DNA from: Phoronis australis
Lineage: Eukaryota > Animalia > Phoronida
NCBI GenBank assembly: GCA_002633005.1
Contig: NMRA01000464.1
Location: 294,623 to 358,622, forward strand
DNA: 64,000 nt
Reading direction: 5' to 3'
Shown here: piece by piece, positions 51,901-63,190 of the stretch
Layout of the letters: each line of letters begins with the position of its first letter
How positions within the stretch are numbered: the first letter of the stretch is position 1
Notes under the pieces: generated by a model
Database searches by the model: none
Seen by the model: the letters and a program-made list of their open reading frames with translations, nothing else
What the model was told of the DNA's origin: nothing
Made by a program: the position numbers and the translations under genes

Positions 51901-54900
51901 TTCTATTCTTCTGCACTCAGATGTTATCTCCTGAATCACTCAAAGGTAAGTAAAGTTAATGTTTTATGAGCTTGTGAAAGGGGCATTCACAAACACACCT
52001 TCACTTGCAATGAAGTTTTAATCCTACAAACTAGAGGTGAGTGCAAACCTGAACATGGGGGTTTAAAATAAAAATTAGGAAAATCATGGGTGGACTGAAA
52101 GCCGAACATTGGCGTTATCCCGGATGAGTACGGCATTTTAATTATACTGTGGATACATTTCCCAACACCTCTAATTTTGAGCTCACCTATTTCAAGTTTT
52201 TGAGAAGTTGTAAAAGGATAGATTTAGTGAATACACTTGTTGAAACAAAAAGACTAAATGGCTTTATCTGCAGATGGATGTTTTCAACGCGCAAATCAAT
52301 TATTTATGGCTACGAAGGTGAACAACTTGGTACGGTCCCGATGTCGAGAACAGTGTTATACAAATAAGGGACAGAATCACAGGGATATCGTTAAGCGCAT
52401 TTCTCCATCAAACAGGAGTTTTAAAGTAGCAAACACAGGGTGTCTTGGCAACAGCAATTCCACAATTAGTTTTTACAAGAAAGTAAAAAGGCCACTTTCC
52501 TTTAGTAATTTATAGTTATAACAAAAAAAACACTGAAAGGAAGTTGTAAGTTGTGGAACTAAAGAGCGAAACTGGGAATGCATCCACGCAGTTCAGGAGT
52601 CTTGTAAATTGGGAATTAGACACATGATCCCACGTTTAGCAGATTACTGTTACAAATTCACATCACTCATGTGCAAACCATAGAATGGTGGTGATGCTGA
52701 GGTGCCAAAACATCTGGTAGTCATGCTGAACCTTTTATAAGTTCAGCAGAGTACATCAACTAATGAAAAAAAAATGTTAATAGTGCTTTGCTCATGATGA
52801 ACCTGGTGGCTAATTAAGGCGTGTTCTCGTGAGTCTAAGTAAGGTGCTTTGTGCAGTGTACCCCGTCTTTTGACCTGCACATGTCCGTCACACGACTCCA
52901 ACCCATGCCAGTGCCCACCTGAGCCTTGAGGCCAACTTTCTTTAACTTGCTGCCCTTTTTGAAACCTGCCATGCCATCCTCAACTAGAAAGAGGCTGATC
53001 CCATGTGCCTTACTCTTGGCCTCTGGGTTGGTTAGCGTGACAACAATGGCGACATCCGAGAGCCAGCCATTGGTGATGAAAACTTTACTGCCATTAAGGA
53101 TCCAATCAGAGCCATCTTTCTTGGCATATGTCTTGATTCCCTGTAGATCACTGAAATAAAATATTATGTTTAAAAAATCAATCGGTCATACCTCTAAGCA
53201 ATGAAGCTTACTGTACAGTCACAAATCACACTGTAGTGGTTGAAGCAGACTTTTGGGACTCCATTGGTAGTTGCACGTAAGGTGATAATTTAAAGTTTCT
53301 AACTTATGGTGCAACATTCAACAAGCGTCATCCTCATAGTAGTGTTATCACCTCAAATAGCAAGCAGCTTCTGAATGGGACTATAATTTTAAAAGTGATT
53401 GCAACTAACAACAAGAGCAATGCGGAGCGTTGAAATGCGGCCACGAATGTATCGCAAATGGTGAGCTTTTAGGGTCATTTATTTGTATCATAAAAATGGC
53501 CACTAGATGGCGCAAAAACGTACAATCCATCCAAAAACAGGAACATACCATATTCCATAAAGACCTGTCAAGGAACTTCAGAGAAACAAAGGAAAACAGA
53601 ACAAAATGAAATTGCCACTTGTGAGCACAGCGTCCGTTCCATCTGCCTGAAAGTCGTCATCTGTTATCTTCATATAAATTCACTTATTAAATTTAATAAA
53701 GATCCTGCAGTGGGTTTTGGAGATATAGCTATGGGCTCAAAACAACACAAAACTACCACTAGAAGTCACCACAGTAGTCAGTCACCATCATCAAACGTCC
53801 GCTTCACACTGAAAACATGTACGGCAATTTTCAAAACCATCCCTAGAATGATTTGGTTGATTGACGGATGGATGCCAAAAACAAGATTTGAAAACAGCAA
53901 AAATGGCCACCAGGTGGCGCAAAATACCTGGATTCCATCCAAAAACAGGATGATAGCGTCATCTCACCAATAGATGCCTATATTCAAAATTTAATGAAAA
54001 TCTGTTGAGGACCTTTGAAGATACAGACTAGTAAACGTAAAAAACTAAAATTGCCACTAGGGGACACACCAGAAGTCAGATCCGTCCGAAAGTTGTTGTC
54101 TTCCATTGCCAACATCATATAAATGCACTTGCTAAATTACGTAAAGATCCTGCAAACGGTTTAATAGATACAGCCATGAGCGCAAAAAAACAAAACTGCC
54201 ACTAGGAGGCGCCACAGTAGTCGAACTCGACGGAAAATCGTCTTCAGCTGTGCACTTCATAGTAAAAGCATACATGCAGATTTTCACAATTATCCTGAAA
54301 GCCGTTTGGTTGATAGACGAGTGGACGCCACAAAACAGACCCGAAAACAGTAAAAATGGCCACTAGGTGGCACAAACTAGATCGAATCCATTTGAAAATG
54401 GACAGCTAGCGTTATCTCATTAACAGATGCCTGTATGCCAAATTTTATGAAAACATACAGAGGTAAACGTAAAAAAAATAAAATTGCCACTAGGTGGTTC
54501 GCCAGTAGTCAGATCCGTCTGAAAGTCGTCGTCCCCTGTTGATAACATCATATACTAAATACACTTATTAAATTTAGTAAAGATCCTGCGAACGGTTTAG
54601 GGAATACAGTCATAGGCGCAAAAAAAACAAAACTGCCACTAGGGCGCACCACAGTAGTCGAAGTCATCGGAAAATCATTTGTCAGCCGTCCACTTTATAG
54701 TAAAAACATACGTGCCAATTTTTACAATCATCCTTTGAGCAGTTTGGTTGATAGAGGGGTGGACGCAAAACAGTAAAAATGGCCACTAGGTGGCGCAAAC
54801 TACCTCAAATCCATCTGCAAATGAGAGGATAGCGTCATCTCACTAACAGGTGCCGATATACCAAATTTCATGAAAATCTGTTCAGGACTTTTGAAGATAC

Positions 54901-56160
54901 AGAGGTAAACGTAAAAACTAAAATTGCCACTAGGGGGCACACCGGTTGTCAGATCCATCCGAAAGTTTGCTCATGCCGTCCCATCCATGGAAGGAACACA
55001 TGTGCATAATTTCATGAACATAAGTCAAGGCATTTTGGAGATAGAGCAGCGGACGCCGGACGGACGCACGCCGGGCGGACGAAGATGACCGCATAATGCG
55101 TCCACATATAAATATGTGGGCTCATAAAAGCACAAACTTTTTATCAAATTGCATAACCCTACTTTAAAAAATATGTGAGATGGAATAATCTTTGAGCAAG
55201 ATGGCTCAAATTTTTAGAGTATGGTGGCATGCAATTTAAATTAATGAGTTGATTGTTAGTTAACACAGGTTTACTTTCTCACCTGCCAGCAGACGGCTCT
55301 GTCATGGCAATAGCTCCAATGCATGTACCCGCAACCATCCTGGGAATGAACTTGTCTATTTGCTGCTTGGTACCATAATTGGAGATGTAAGGCATCACGA
55401 TATCAGAGTGAAGAGCAAAGCCTGGCCCGGAGCAGTTCACATAGTTTCTGCATTAGACATGTTGCATTTTAAGTAGGATGAATTTTATATGTAATACGCA
55501 CGTTACTAACATCAGACATTACTGGCCTAAAAGTACCTTCAACTGGAATTGAGAGATCACCTGCAATCAATTTGAAGCAGTCGAATTTGTGAAGTGTTCA
55601 CTAGCCCTATGATTTTTCTGAAACATTTTTTGACGGGTACATACTCTGCCGGCCTTTTCAGTAAACAGCATTAATTTTATGGTGTGGAAGAAGTGGGGAG
55701 AAGTGACCTAGTTTTGATTTTGGTTTTCAGACAGGCAAGCAGGAGCTTAACATGCAAATTTTAAAAAGGAATTTGTTCAGTCACATCGAAACAAATTTGT
55801 ATCAGTAATTACAGTCCTAGTTATCCAATTGAACAAAGTTTAACTTAAGAAACTCAAAAATAGTATGTTTCATTCCTCAGTGACGAGGCCAACTACAATC
55901 TGTATAAAAAACAATGTTTTCTCAAACTGGCCACTAGAAAGAGAATGACTGTGCAGCAGTGGTTGTAAGTTACATTAAATTACATGTTGTTGCTTCATCC
56001 TACAGTTTTCATCCATTCAAAATTCAATGATGAGGAAATGCCTGTTCACTCACTGTTCCTCCCAGACAACAGCTGCATTGTAGATGTCACTGCCAATACC
56101 TCCATGCTCCTCTGGTGTTTGTACACCCAGCAGACCATTGGTACCTGCTGACTCCCAACA
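45793..56160 (-). CDS. ACADL: Long-chain acyl-CoA dehydrogenase, 5'-partial; complement(join(45793..45973,49202..49329,51427..51642,52919..53150,55283..55447,56054..56160))
   Basis: AIAMTEPSAGSDLQGIKT, WILNGSKVFITNG, GLKAQDTAELFFEDVRLP, ELPQERL (LCAD-type catalytic Glu) and HGGWGYMWEYPIAKA..DARVQPIYGGSNEIMKELIAR; GT-AG junctions in phase. Confidence 0.95.
47562..49170. mobile_element. Second internally deleted Kolobok element (15-bp TIR, TTAA duplication) in an ACADL intron
   Basis: TTAA|AGGAGAATGCCACCC...GGGTGGCATTCTCCT|TTAA. Plus-strand KolX-like start (ATG 48613, ...GFQFQPQY) and minus-strand THAP remnant from 49006 (MPLCC..., CPNY...SFFRL*...KKWLAVV...LRVCG). Confidence 0.85.
49202..49329 (-). 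CDS. ACADL: ACADL exon (128 nt)
   Basis: TTQHNLAELKTQISVGRAFLDQCIELH...ASMAKYW. Confidence 0.93.
50235..51293 (-). mobile_element. 5'-truncated Penelope-like retroelement (GIY-YIG remnant) with inverted pseudo-LTR
   Basis: VIRMIECPDSPAKYVGETSQNLGTRLKQH...AIGEYC (GIY-YIG). 50275-50560 is repeated in inverted orientation at about 51025-51290. Flanking direct repeat TTGTATAAATTG at 50223-50234 and 51294-51305. Confidence 0.82.
51427..51642 (-). CDS. ACADL: ACADL exon (216 nt)
   Basis: DTAELFFEDVRLP...ELPQERLLIA...RKAFGKTISSLQ. Confidence 0.93.
52919..53150 (-). CDS. ACADL: ACADL exon (232 nt)
   Basis: SDLQGIKTYAKKDGSDWILNGSKVFITNG...HGISLFLVE...GLKAQ. Confidence 0.93.
53410..55129 (-). mobile_element. 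HINE/DINE-1-like element, copy 3 (complete, one more tandem unit than copy 2)
   Basis: Same termini as copy 2 (plus strand AACAAGAGCAATGCGGAGCGTTG ... GGACG repeats, palindrome CCACATAT-AA-ATATGTGG, CATAAAA); GATCCTGC recurs at about 440 bp period. Confidence 0.87.
55283..55447 (-). CDS. ACADL: ACADL exon (165 nt)
   Basis: NYVNCSGPGFALHSDIVMPYI...CIGAIAMTEPSAG. Confidence 0.93.
56054..56160 (-). CDS. ACADL: ACADL exon (107 nt), the most 5' exon found
   Basis: cttgcag|TGT TGG GAG; CWESAGTNGLLGV..PEEHGGIGSDIYNAAVVWEEQ; donor gtgagt. Confidence 0.88.
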
Positions 56161-59100
56161 CTGCAAGAGGAATCAACAGGTCAACAGATTTTCTTAGTTT
56201 ATTTAAAAGGATACTAAACCCTGATGAGTAGTATTTTTTTTTCACAAGGGGTAAAACCATATTCACCAATCACAGTTTAGGCTCCTATCAGCAGCCATCT
56301 TCCGAAGTTATTGGACGCTACGTGGTGTAGTGATCAAGCTATTTAGTCTCCTTCACAGACCCTCGAGGTTGGTTGGGGTCTGCTACAGCGCACTTTTCCA
56401 TATGCATTCTTGGAATATCATTGGTTGTTCCGATTTCAAGAAACAAGGCATTCTATTGGTCAATTGATTAATAGGTCAAACTAGTTCACCAACATGGCGA
56501 CTTCCAGTACGGGAAGAATGTCGATGGATTAATACCTGTTTAAATCTCTGTTCTCGTCAAACTCCCGCATTTCAAAGCTAACGAGTCAAGGAATACATCA
56601 GCAGTAACGTATACGAAACATTTAATGATAATTATTATCTTGTATACTATGCTGTATTCTGAAGTGATGTGATTTTTTACGAAATAATTTGTGGAAGAGA
56701 TAGGCTGATTAGGGGATTAGGCCATTCACAACAACAGTCATTTTAGGCACAATATAGCACCGAATAGCGGGAAAGGGGTAGCTAAGTACGTCGTGGCCAC
56801 GGGAGATTGCCTCGATCTTTTCAGGGCACACCCTCTCGTATGTTAACGTGTTCATGTACGTTATGTAAGCTCCCGTGATTACCGTGAAGGTTGAATTATT
56901 GGGTCAGATAAGGATGTGTGCTGAAATACTGCTATTCATGACATTGACATTGTCATTGTAATGGCACTGGCACACTTTTCACTACCCACTGAAGTTAGGA
57001 GCATAAAAATACAGTCAATGGTCCTAAACACTCAAACATTAACATCGCTTTTGTCGGTGCCATTCAGCAGTGCCTCTGTCGCTGACTGCCATCCTACAGT
57101 CGTACAGAGTATTCAATTATTTCAGAGGGTGTTTGTTGCTGTGAAATTAAGATTAAACACACTCTTTTGTATAGTCATCAAGATAAAACTTCACCCTTTT
57201 TTGAGTTGGCACAGTGATTAAAACTGACCCATTTTGGTGAAAGCCTCAATGGAAAAGTCAACTTTTCTGATAACATAGTTATGCAAAGTTATTACTTACA
57301 GGGAATTGAATTTCATCAAAAAGCTCTCTGGGCTGTATTCTTTTTAAAACAACAAACCTCAGTTGCATATGAAACCTTCAGTGGTTTTGGTGCTAAAATG
57401 GATCATTTTGTACAGACCAAAAAGTAAATATTTATGTGTGGAACTTATTTGGAAATTCACCCTTTCATGGTGACTTTTACAATTCCCGAGTCACTGGTCA
57501 GAGTGTCACATTTGGTCATATGAAATCTATGCAAGTCTCCTCTCTCCTGGACCCCGACTGGTCGACTGTTTCATTTTTTCTTTCCACGTTCACATGATGT
57601 CAAGTTTGCAAAAATCATCTATTAATATCACTCTAATTGCAAAACAAGATCTCAGAACCATTCTAAAACATTCTGAAACTACTAAGGTTCACTGTAATCA
57701 AAGCATCTTGGAGTTAGACATTGTAAGTAAGCGAACTTTGAAAACCTGGTTCGTTAAAATGACTACTAGTTGCAAAAACATCTCACATTTCAAAATTGGG
57801 AGCTCAGGGTACTTCAAAGATTTTAAGCTGGGTCACTAAACCCAAATTGACAGTTTCTTGTGCGTTACTTGGGTTGGATTGTTATCCAGGCAATTGTCAC
57901 TGGCAATCCAAATTTTGAGAACAAGTTTTAACGCCTGCTATTCAGTGAAAAATGTTACATTATGTTTTGCTCAGTGTTTTGAGCAACATGATAGTGTTTC
58001 ATTCTTGTGGTTATGATCTACATAATACAGCAGTGATTTTAGTCAACATTTCGGTCTTTTCGAACAGTTTTTCAAAATTACAAATTTGACTCTTAATGAG
58101 GGGGCCTCCTCGTGGCAAGAGTTGGGCAGTGTGAAATGCTTCAGAACATTCGCACTGGCAAACACCCTCACGTTGACATCATTAATGTGTTCCTAGAAAT
58201 AGAATACCCATAACCTACAAAACACACAACATGCTAAGAAATTTATCTAACCATTGGGAACTTTATTTTGCTGATGAATTGATTAGAAATATGGTAGCGA
58301 TAGACTGAAGTACTAAGTCTGGGCATTAACATAGCCGTGGGTGCACAACAGGGCTATCCCCTCCTCATTGCAAACCCTTCCCCTGATAGAAACTCATTTG
58401 TTCTTGCCTAGCTTCCCTGTCCCTGTCCCCTGTTCATGCAGTGCTTCCAAGTTGCCCCACATTACAGTCATTGGTTGCCAACAATTTCAAGTTTAGCAAC
58501 CTGTTGAATAATTCTGACTACACCAGTGTTGCTATGGGAATAGGTTACTAAAGACCCGACTGCCATTCAAGTTGCACATTCCCTGCCTTGAGAAAGCATA
58601 AACCATTATGAAATTAACACCTGGGCCCTGGGTTTCAACTTTTTACTCTGAATTATTTTTGTTATTTTCTATTCTAGTTTTGTTTGAACTTGAGATAAGT
58701 TTCTTTTATTCTATGTGCTTATTGATGGCAATTAATGATCCCTGCATTAGAGCTAAGAGCTCGAGTAAGAGGTTTTGCTAGAAATCTTGAGTTTTTACTC
58801 AAATTTTAGCTCGAATCTAGTGGTCCTTAAGTACTATCTTGATCTCTCAAGAAAGTGGACTAGAAGTGACAAAAACAATTTCGAGTTCGATTTGGATTGA
58901 AAGTTTCACTGTAGAGGTGTATTCCTAAAACATGATCACACAATCCCTTTTCAGGGTTTTAAGTCAATCCATACAAGACTGGACTGGAATCTGTTTAGCC
59001 CAAAAAGCATTTAAATGCTATGTGGAGAATAATAAAACATCTGCACTAAACTGTGTTGAAAAAATGAACCCTTTTGAAGTTCCTTATCCACAAATTGTAC

Positions 59101-60382
59101 CATTTTTCTAGCTGCTATTAACCCAACCTCTGTTTAGAATCGTCATGTAACAATATAAGATTGGTCTGGTACAAACAATGTTGTTTTTGGCCAAATTAGT
59201 AGCAAAAATCACAATCACTCACATGAAGATTGGTATTGGATTTGGATACTAGTGTCTGATGTCACTCTTCATGTGTGCGCTCATGATTAGACTCTTGATC
59301 TTGTACTGTTCCTTACTGAGATCACATGTGGTATATTGGCTTCGGTTGAACTGATAGTTTGTTATTGCTGAAGACCTGGTGCAATAACTATGGCTTTGAG
59401 CAATGACAAAGTTTGAATTCTTCCAAGTCCACTAAGGAACAAGTTGAGACAGGGATATATACAGGGCTTGGAGTTTTCCTTTTTTTGTTTTTATTTCCTC
59501 TTATTTGATTTCCAGCTTCTTTTTATCATCATTTTTGGCTAACTTGATTCGTGCAAAAACATTTATTTCAGTTTAATTTTACAACACAAAAATATTTCTA
59601 TCACACAAGCCTATTTGTGAAATGATAGATCACCTGGAAAATTTTCCTCTTATAGTCATTCCAATTCCTGTATATACGGTAGTGGTAAGCTGTTCAGATT
59701 AAAATTTATTCTTTTTCACATAAGACGCAATTATAGCAACTTTAAGGGATTTAATTCAAAGGAAATCTGGAAGCTAGAAGACACTATCTGATAAGCGCAT
59801 TCTGAAATAACAATTGTGCTTGTATTTTCCAAGATGTTCAACACACATTGTTAGGTTGAGGGATAGGGTTCATTCCACCATCCTTGGGCTTTCAGAGTAC
59901 CCTCCTAAAACCATTCCATAGGTTTGTACAAGATACGACACTCAACTGGGTGATTTTCTCTAACAATTTCTCTTCAAAATGGTGCTTGAAAAAATCCCTA
60001 CCAAAGCAAACTTTTTCCCATGAATACAACGGGTTTCACTCTGGAAGTTAAAAACACTGCAAATGGTACCTTTTTCCTACTGCAAAAGGGGTTTTAATAC
60101 GACGAACCTGTATTTTTAAAACCTTGGGCACCATACTCAGTTTTGACATAGGAATCTCTGAGCCGACTTCTTCAAGCTTAATGGGTGAAAAAGACAGCTG
60201 TCAAAGAATTACTCCGAAAGGATTCAGTTGTTAGCATTAGCTCTTATAAAAAGATTGTGCATTTGAAACATTAGGCTACAATTTTATTGAAGTCCAAACC
60301 TCGGACCACAAACAATGTTTTTTAGCCACTGTCTAAATGGGTGGAGATTCTTCTAGTACCAGATATGCACAAAACTAAAGGT

Positions 60383-60820
60383 TAGGGCCCATTTGGAACA
60401 CCTCTCGGGTATTTTCGTAGCTACAAATTTACCCTCGGAACATCTGGAGCACCTCTGCTATTTTCCTATTTACATGTACAAATTTTTCTTAGAAACACTT
60501 CAGGTATTTTCGTAGCCTCAAATATCTTCTCGGAGGTGAATGTTATCCAAAATATGGCAAGTCACATGATCTTCAATCTTGTCAATAATAGGCTAACTGA
60601 AGTCCGCACACATGCAGAAAGCGTTCACCTATTAGGTGAAATTTGAGGTTACGAAAACACCCGAGGTGTTCTGGATGCCCTTGGAAGTTAATGTTTTCAG
60701 TGCATGCTCGAACTTTATGGCCAATCATTCTCCACTAAGTTTGATAATCACGCAGGTTAAATTCACCTCCAATGAGAAGTTTGAGGCCTCGAATATACCC
60801 AAGGTGATCTGAATGGCTTA
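60383..60820. mobile_element. MITE-like inverted repeats (possibly PIF/Harbinger)
   Basis: GAACACCTCTCGGGTATTTTCGTAGCTACAAATTT is inverted at about 60639-60682 and again partially at about 60780-60820. Confidence 0.5.
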
Positions 60821-61019
60821 GGACCCTCAAGTTGTGCGGGTACCACCTCAAAAAGGGAAATGGGGAAGAAAAAATTAGTATGTCAACGAGGTGAGGGGTG
60901 TAGCTTGAGAATTTTGGCTACCTGGAGGGTCGAAAATTGTGTAGTTCTAGGAGGTGAAGACTGTGTAGGCTGCAAAGTGGTGGAAATTGGGGGCCAGCAG
61001 TGTCTACTGTAACACTGTA

Positions 61020-61228
61020 CAAAGACGGAGAGGGGGAAGGGGGGGGGGTGCGGCAAGGGGGCCATGGCCCAGCCAAAAATTCTCCCAGATTCCATTTGGT
61101 ACTTTGGGGGTGCAAATGTCTGAAGGGCAAAATACTCTGCCCTTGCTCCAACCCCCTCCCCCCTAACTCAAAATCCTGGATCCGATCCCCTGCTGTAAGA
61201 TCTTACAGCAGGGGAGGATCCAGGATTT
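61020..61228. mobile_element. hAT-like MITE remnant ending in AAATCCTGGATCC...CCCCTG, followed by an inverted copy of that end
   Basis: G-rich/C-rich arms and CAGGGG-GGATCCAGGATTT-type termini. Confidence 0.5.
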
Positions 61229-61620
61229 CGGGATGTTTTCAATTCATAAAAAGCGTTCAAAAATGAAACTGAAAAATGCCAAGCCGGTGAAGTGAAAAGA
61301 GTGAAGCCATTGTTAATTCAGATTTATTTTCCTAATAAGTAGTCGATAATTACATGATTTTACTTCAGTTATTTGGTAATATCACAACATATAAACAGCT
61401 ACCTCACCAGACAGTTCCCCCCCCCCCGACCGCAAACGCGACCCAGTCGCAAAATAACTTTACTCTAGGGACACCTAGCGACTTCATAACGTAATACCGG
61501 ATGTCAGCATACGCAGAGCAAACTTCCTGGTTAAAAATTGCCAGCTGACAGCCAATGAAAACCATCGTTCTAGTGCGCTGTACCTGGGCCTTCACAAGCA
61601 ATCCGTGACGTCAGCTGTGG

Positions 61621-62496
61621 TGTAATGAATCGTGTTGTGGCCGACAGATGGCGCACACGTGGTAGTAATTAAAACAACACACGAATACCTCAACCAATAA
61701 AATACGTCTATTAATTTGCAGCGTTGTGATTAACAAACAATAGTTGACAATAAGATGCGAGACTGACGACAAACTGAACGAGAAGAGATATCACTGCTAG
61801 AGAAAGTACTAGATAACAATGTCACCAGTTACCAATAGCAACCGCACATGCAAGCGCATTACAAGTCGCAAAAGAACTAACCCTCTAGAACAATCGCTAG
61901 ACTGGTTTGAATTGACTAACAGGCTGAGACCAACACCTGTGTTAAATGTCTATACCTCAGTAGTGCTTGACTCGTGGATTTTCCGTCCGGTCCTGTGTTC
62001 CTGTCGTTCACTGTCTGGCTGAGATCGTGACTTTGCAGTTTTTGAAGTCTCCAGTCGTCTTGTTCGGTGCGGTCTGCTCGGTCTGCCTCTGTTAGTGCCT
62101 TAAGTAGCCCCTTTGGAGCCATCACGTGATGGTCCCACCTTTTTCAGTACATTTCCCTTATGACCAGCTAATCAACTGTCCTATCGAAAATTCTTGCATA
62201 ACTGCCACCTCTCTCAAATTTGCTACACCAGGGGTGTGCCTAATTTCCGGGGGATCGCTATTTAACTGTCACTCTAGTGACGTAGAATCTCAGTTGGTGT
62301 TTAACTATCTTAAAGAAAATTCTTGCATAACCGTGGGCGTGCCCATCCTCCGAGGAATCCCAACTATCACAGAGGTATGCATATCCCCTGGGAATCCTCC
62401 GAGGAATCTCAACTATCACAGAAGTATGCATATCCCCTGGGAATAATTTAAGACATGCTTGCATGCACGTGGGAAACAGTGCCTCATTATATTACA
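61621..62496 (-). mobile_element. 3' LTR of a Gypsy-type LTR retrotransposon
   Basis: TGTAAT...ATTACA termini, adjoined by minus-strand polypurine tract AAAGGGGGGGAG (62497-62508); internal 49-bp tandem duplication at 62345-62442. Confidence 0.7.
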
Positions 62497-62971
62497 CTCC
62501 CCCCCTTTGTTAAGCCAAAACATTTACACTATAAATTTTTGGGAAGTCGTAGATCTTTCGACAATGGAAAGTTTCACCCAGGTGATCGCCATACAACTGC
62601 AATGGATATACAAACAAAAAAAAATAAAAATTATAAAACACGAAAAGTCGTCAGCCTCCAGATGATCGTTAAACAGGTTAACAAACAGCATCTCACAACG
62701 AAATATCAACCACAATAAACTATTATCCCAACAATGAATATAATGTAACGCTCACATACAGTGCGTTTCTATTACTAAGCGAACTTTATACCAACCCCTT
62801 ATTACATAAACAAATATACTTTATATTTATTAAAATTTTAATTAAGTCATAGTTCCCTTTAAACCAAGTCTACCAAAATATCTCATATCATAACTAAATA
62901 ACAACCATGATGGTGCCACCCAAACTAAACTAACTAAAAATATAGTACGTTACACCTACATATGTAATCAT

Positions 62972-63190
62972 TCATAACCGTAGCGGATGAGTCTGCGGCG
63001 TTTGAAAAAAATCGGACGCCAGCAGACTCTCCGGTACGTCTGCTACCACCACAGGCATATGCCTGGTTTTTCCCCGTATCTCCACCTCCAGCGAGAAAAT
63101 GTCGACCACTTCCGCCACACATTCCCTCCGGTCATATCGGACCTGGGCGTATTGGGTGTCGATTTCTTTCAACCTTGCCAGGGTGTCCAC
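62972..63190 (-). pseudogene. Retropepsin-like protease fragment of the LTR element
   Basis: LEVEIRGKTRHMPVVVADVPESLLASDFF resembles the C-terminal VVAD...LLGxDF motif; same strand as the PPT and LTR. Confidence 0.55.
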
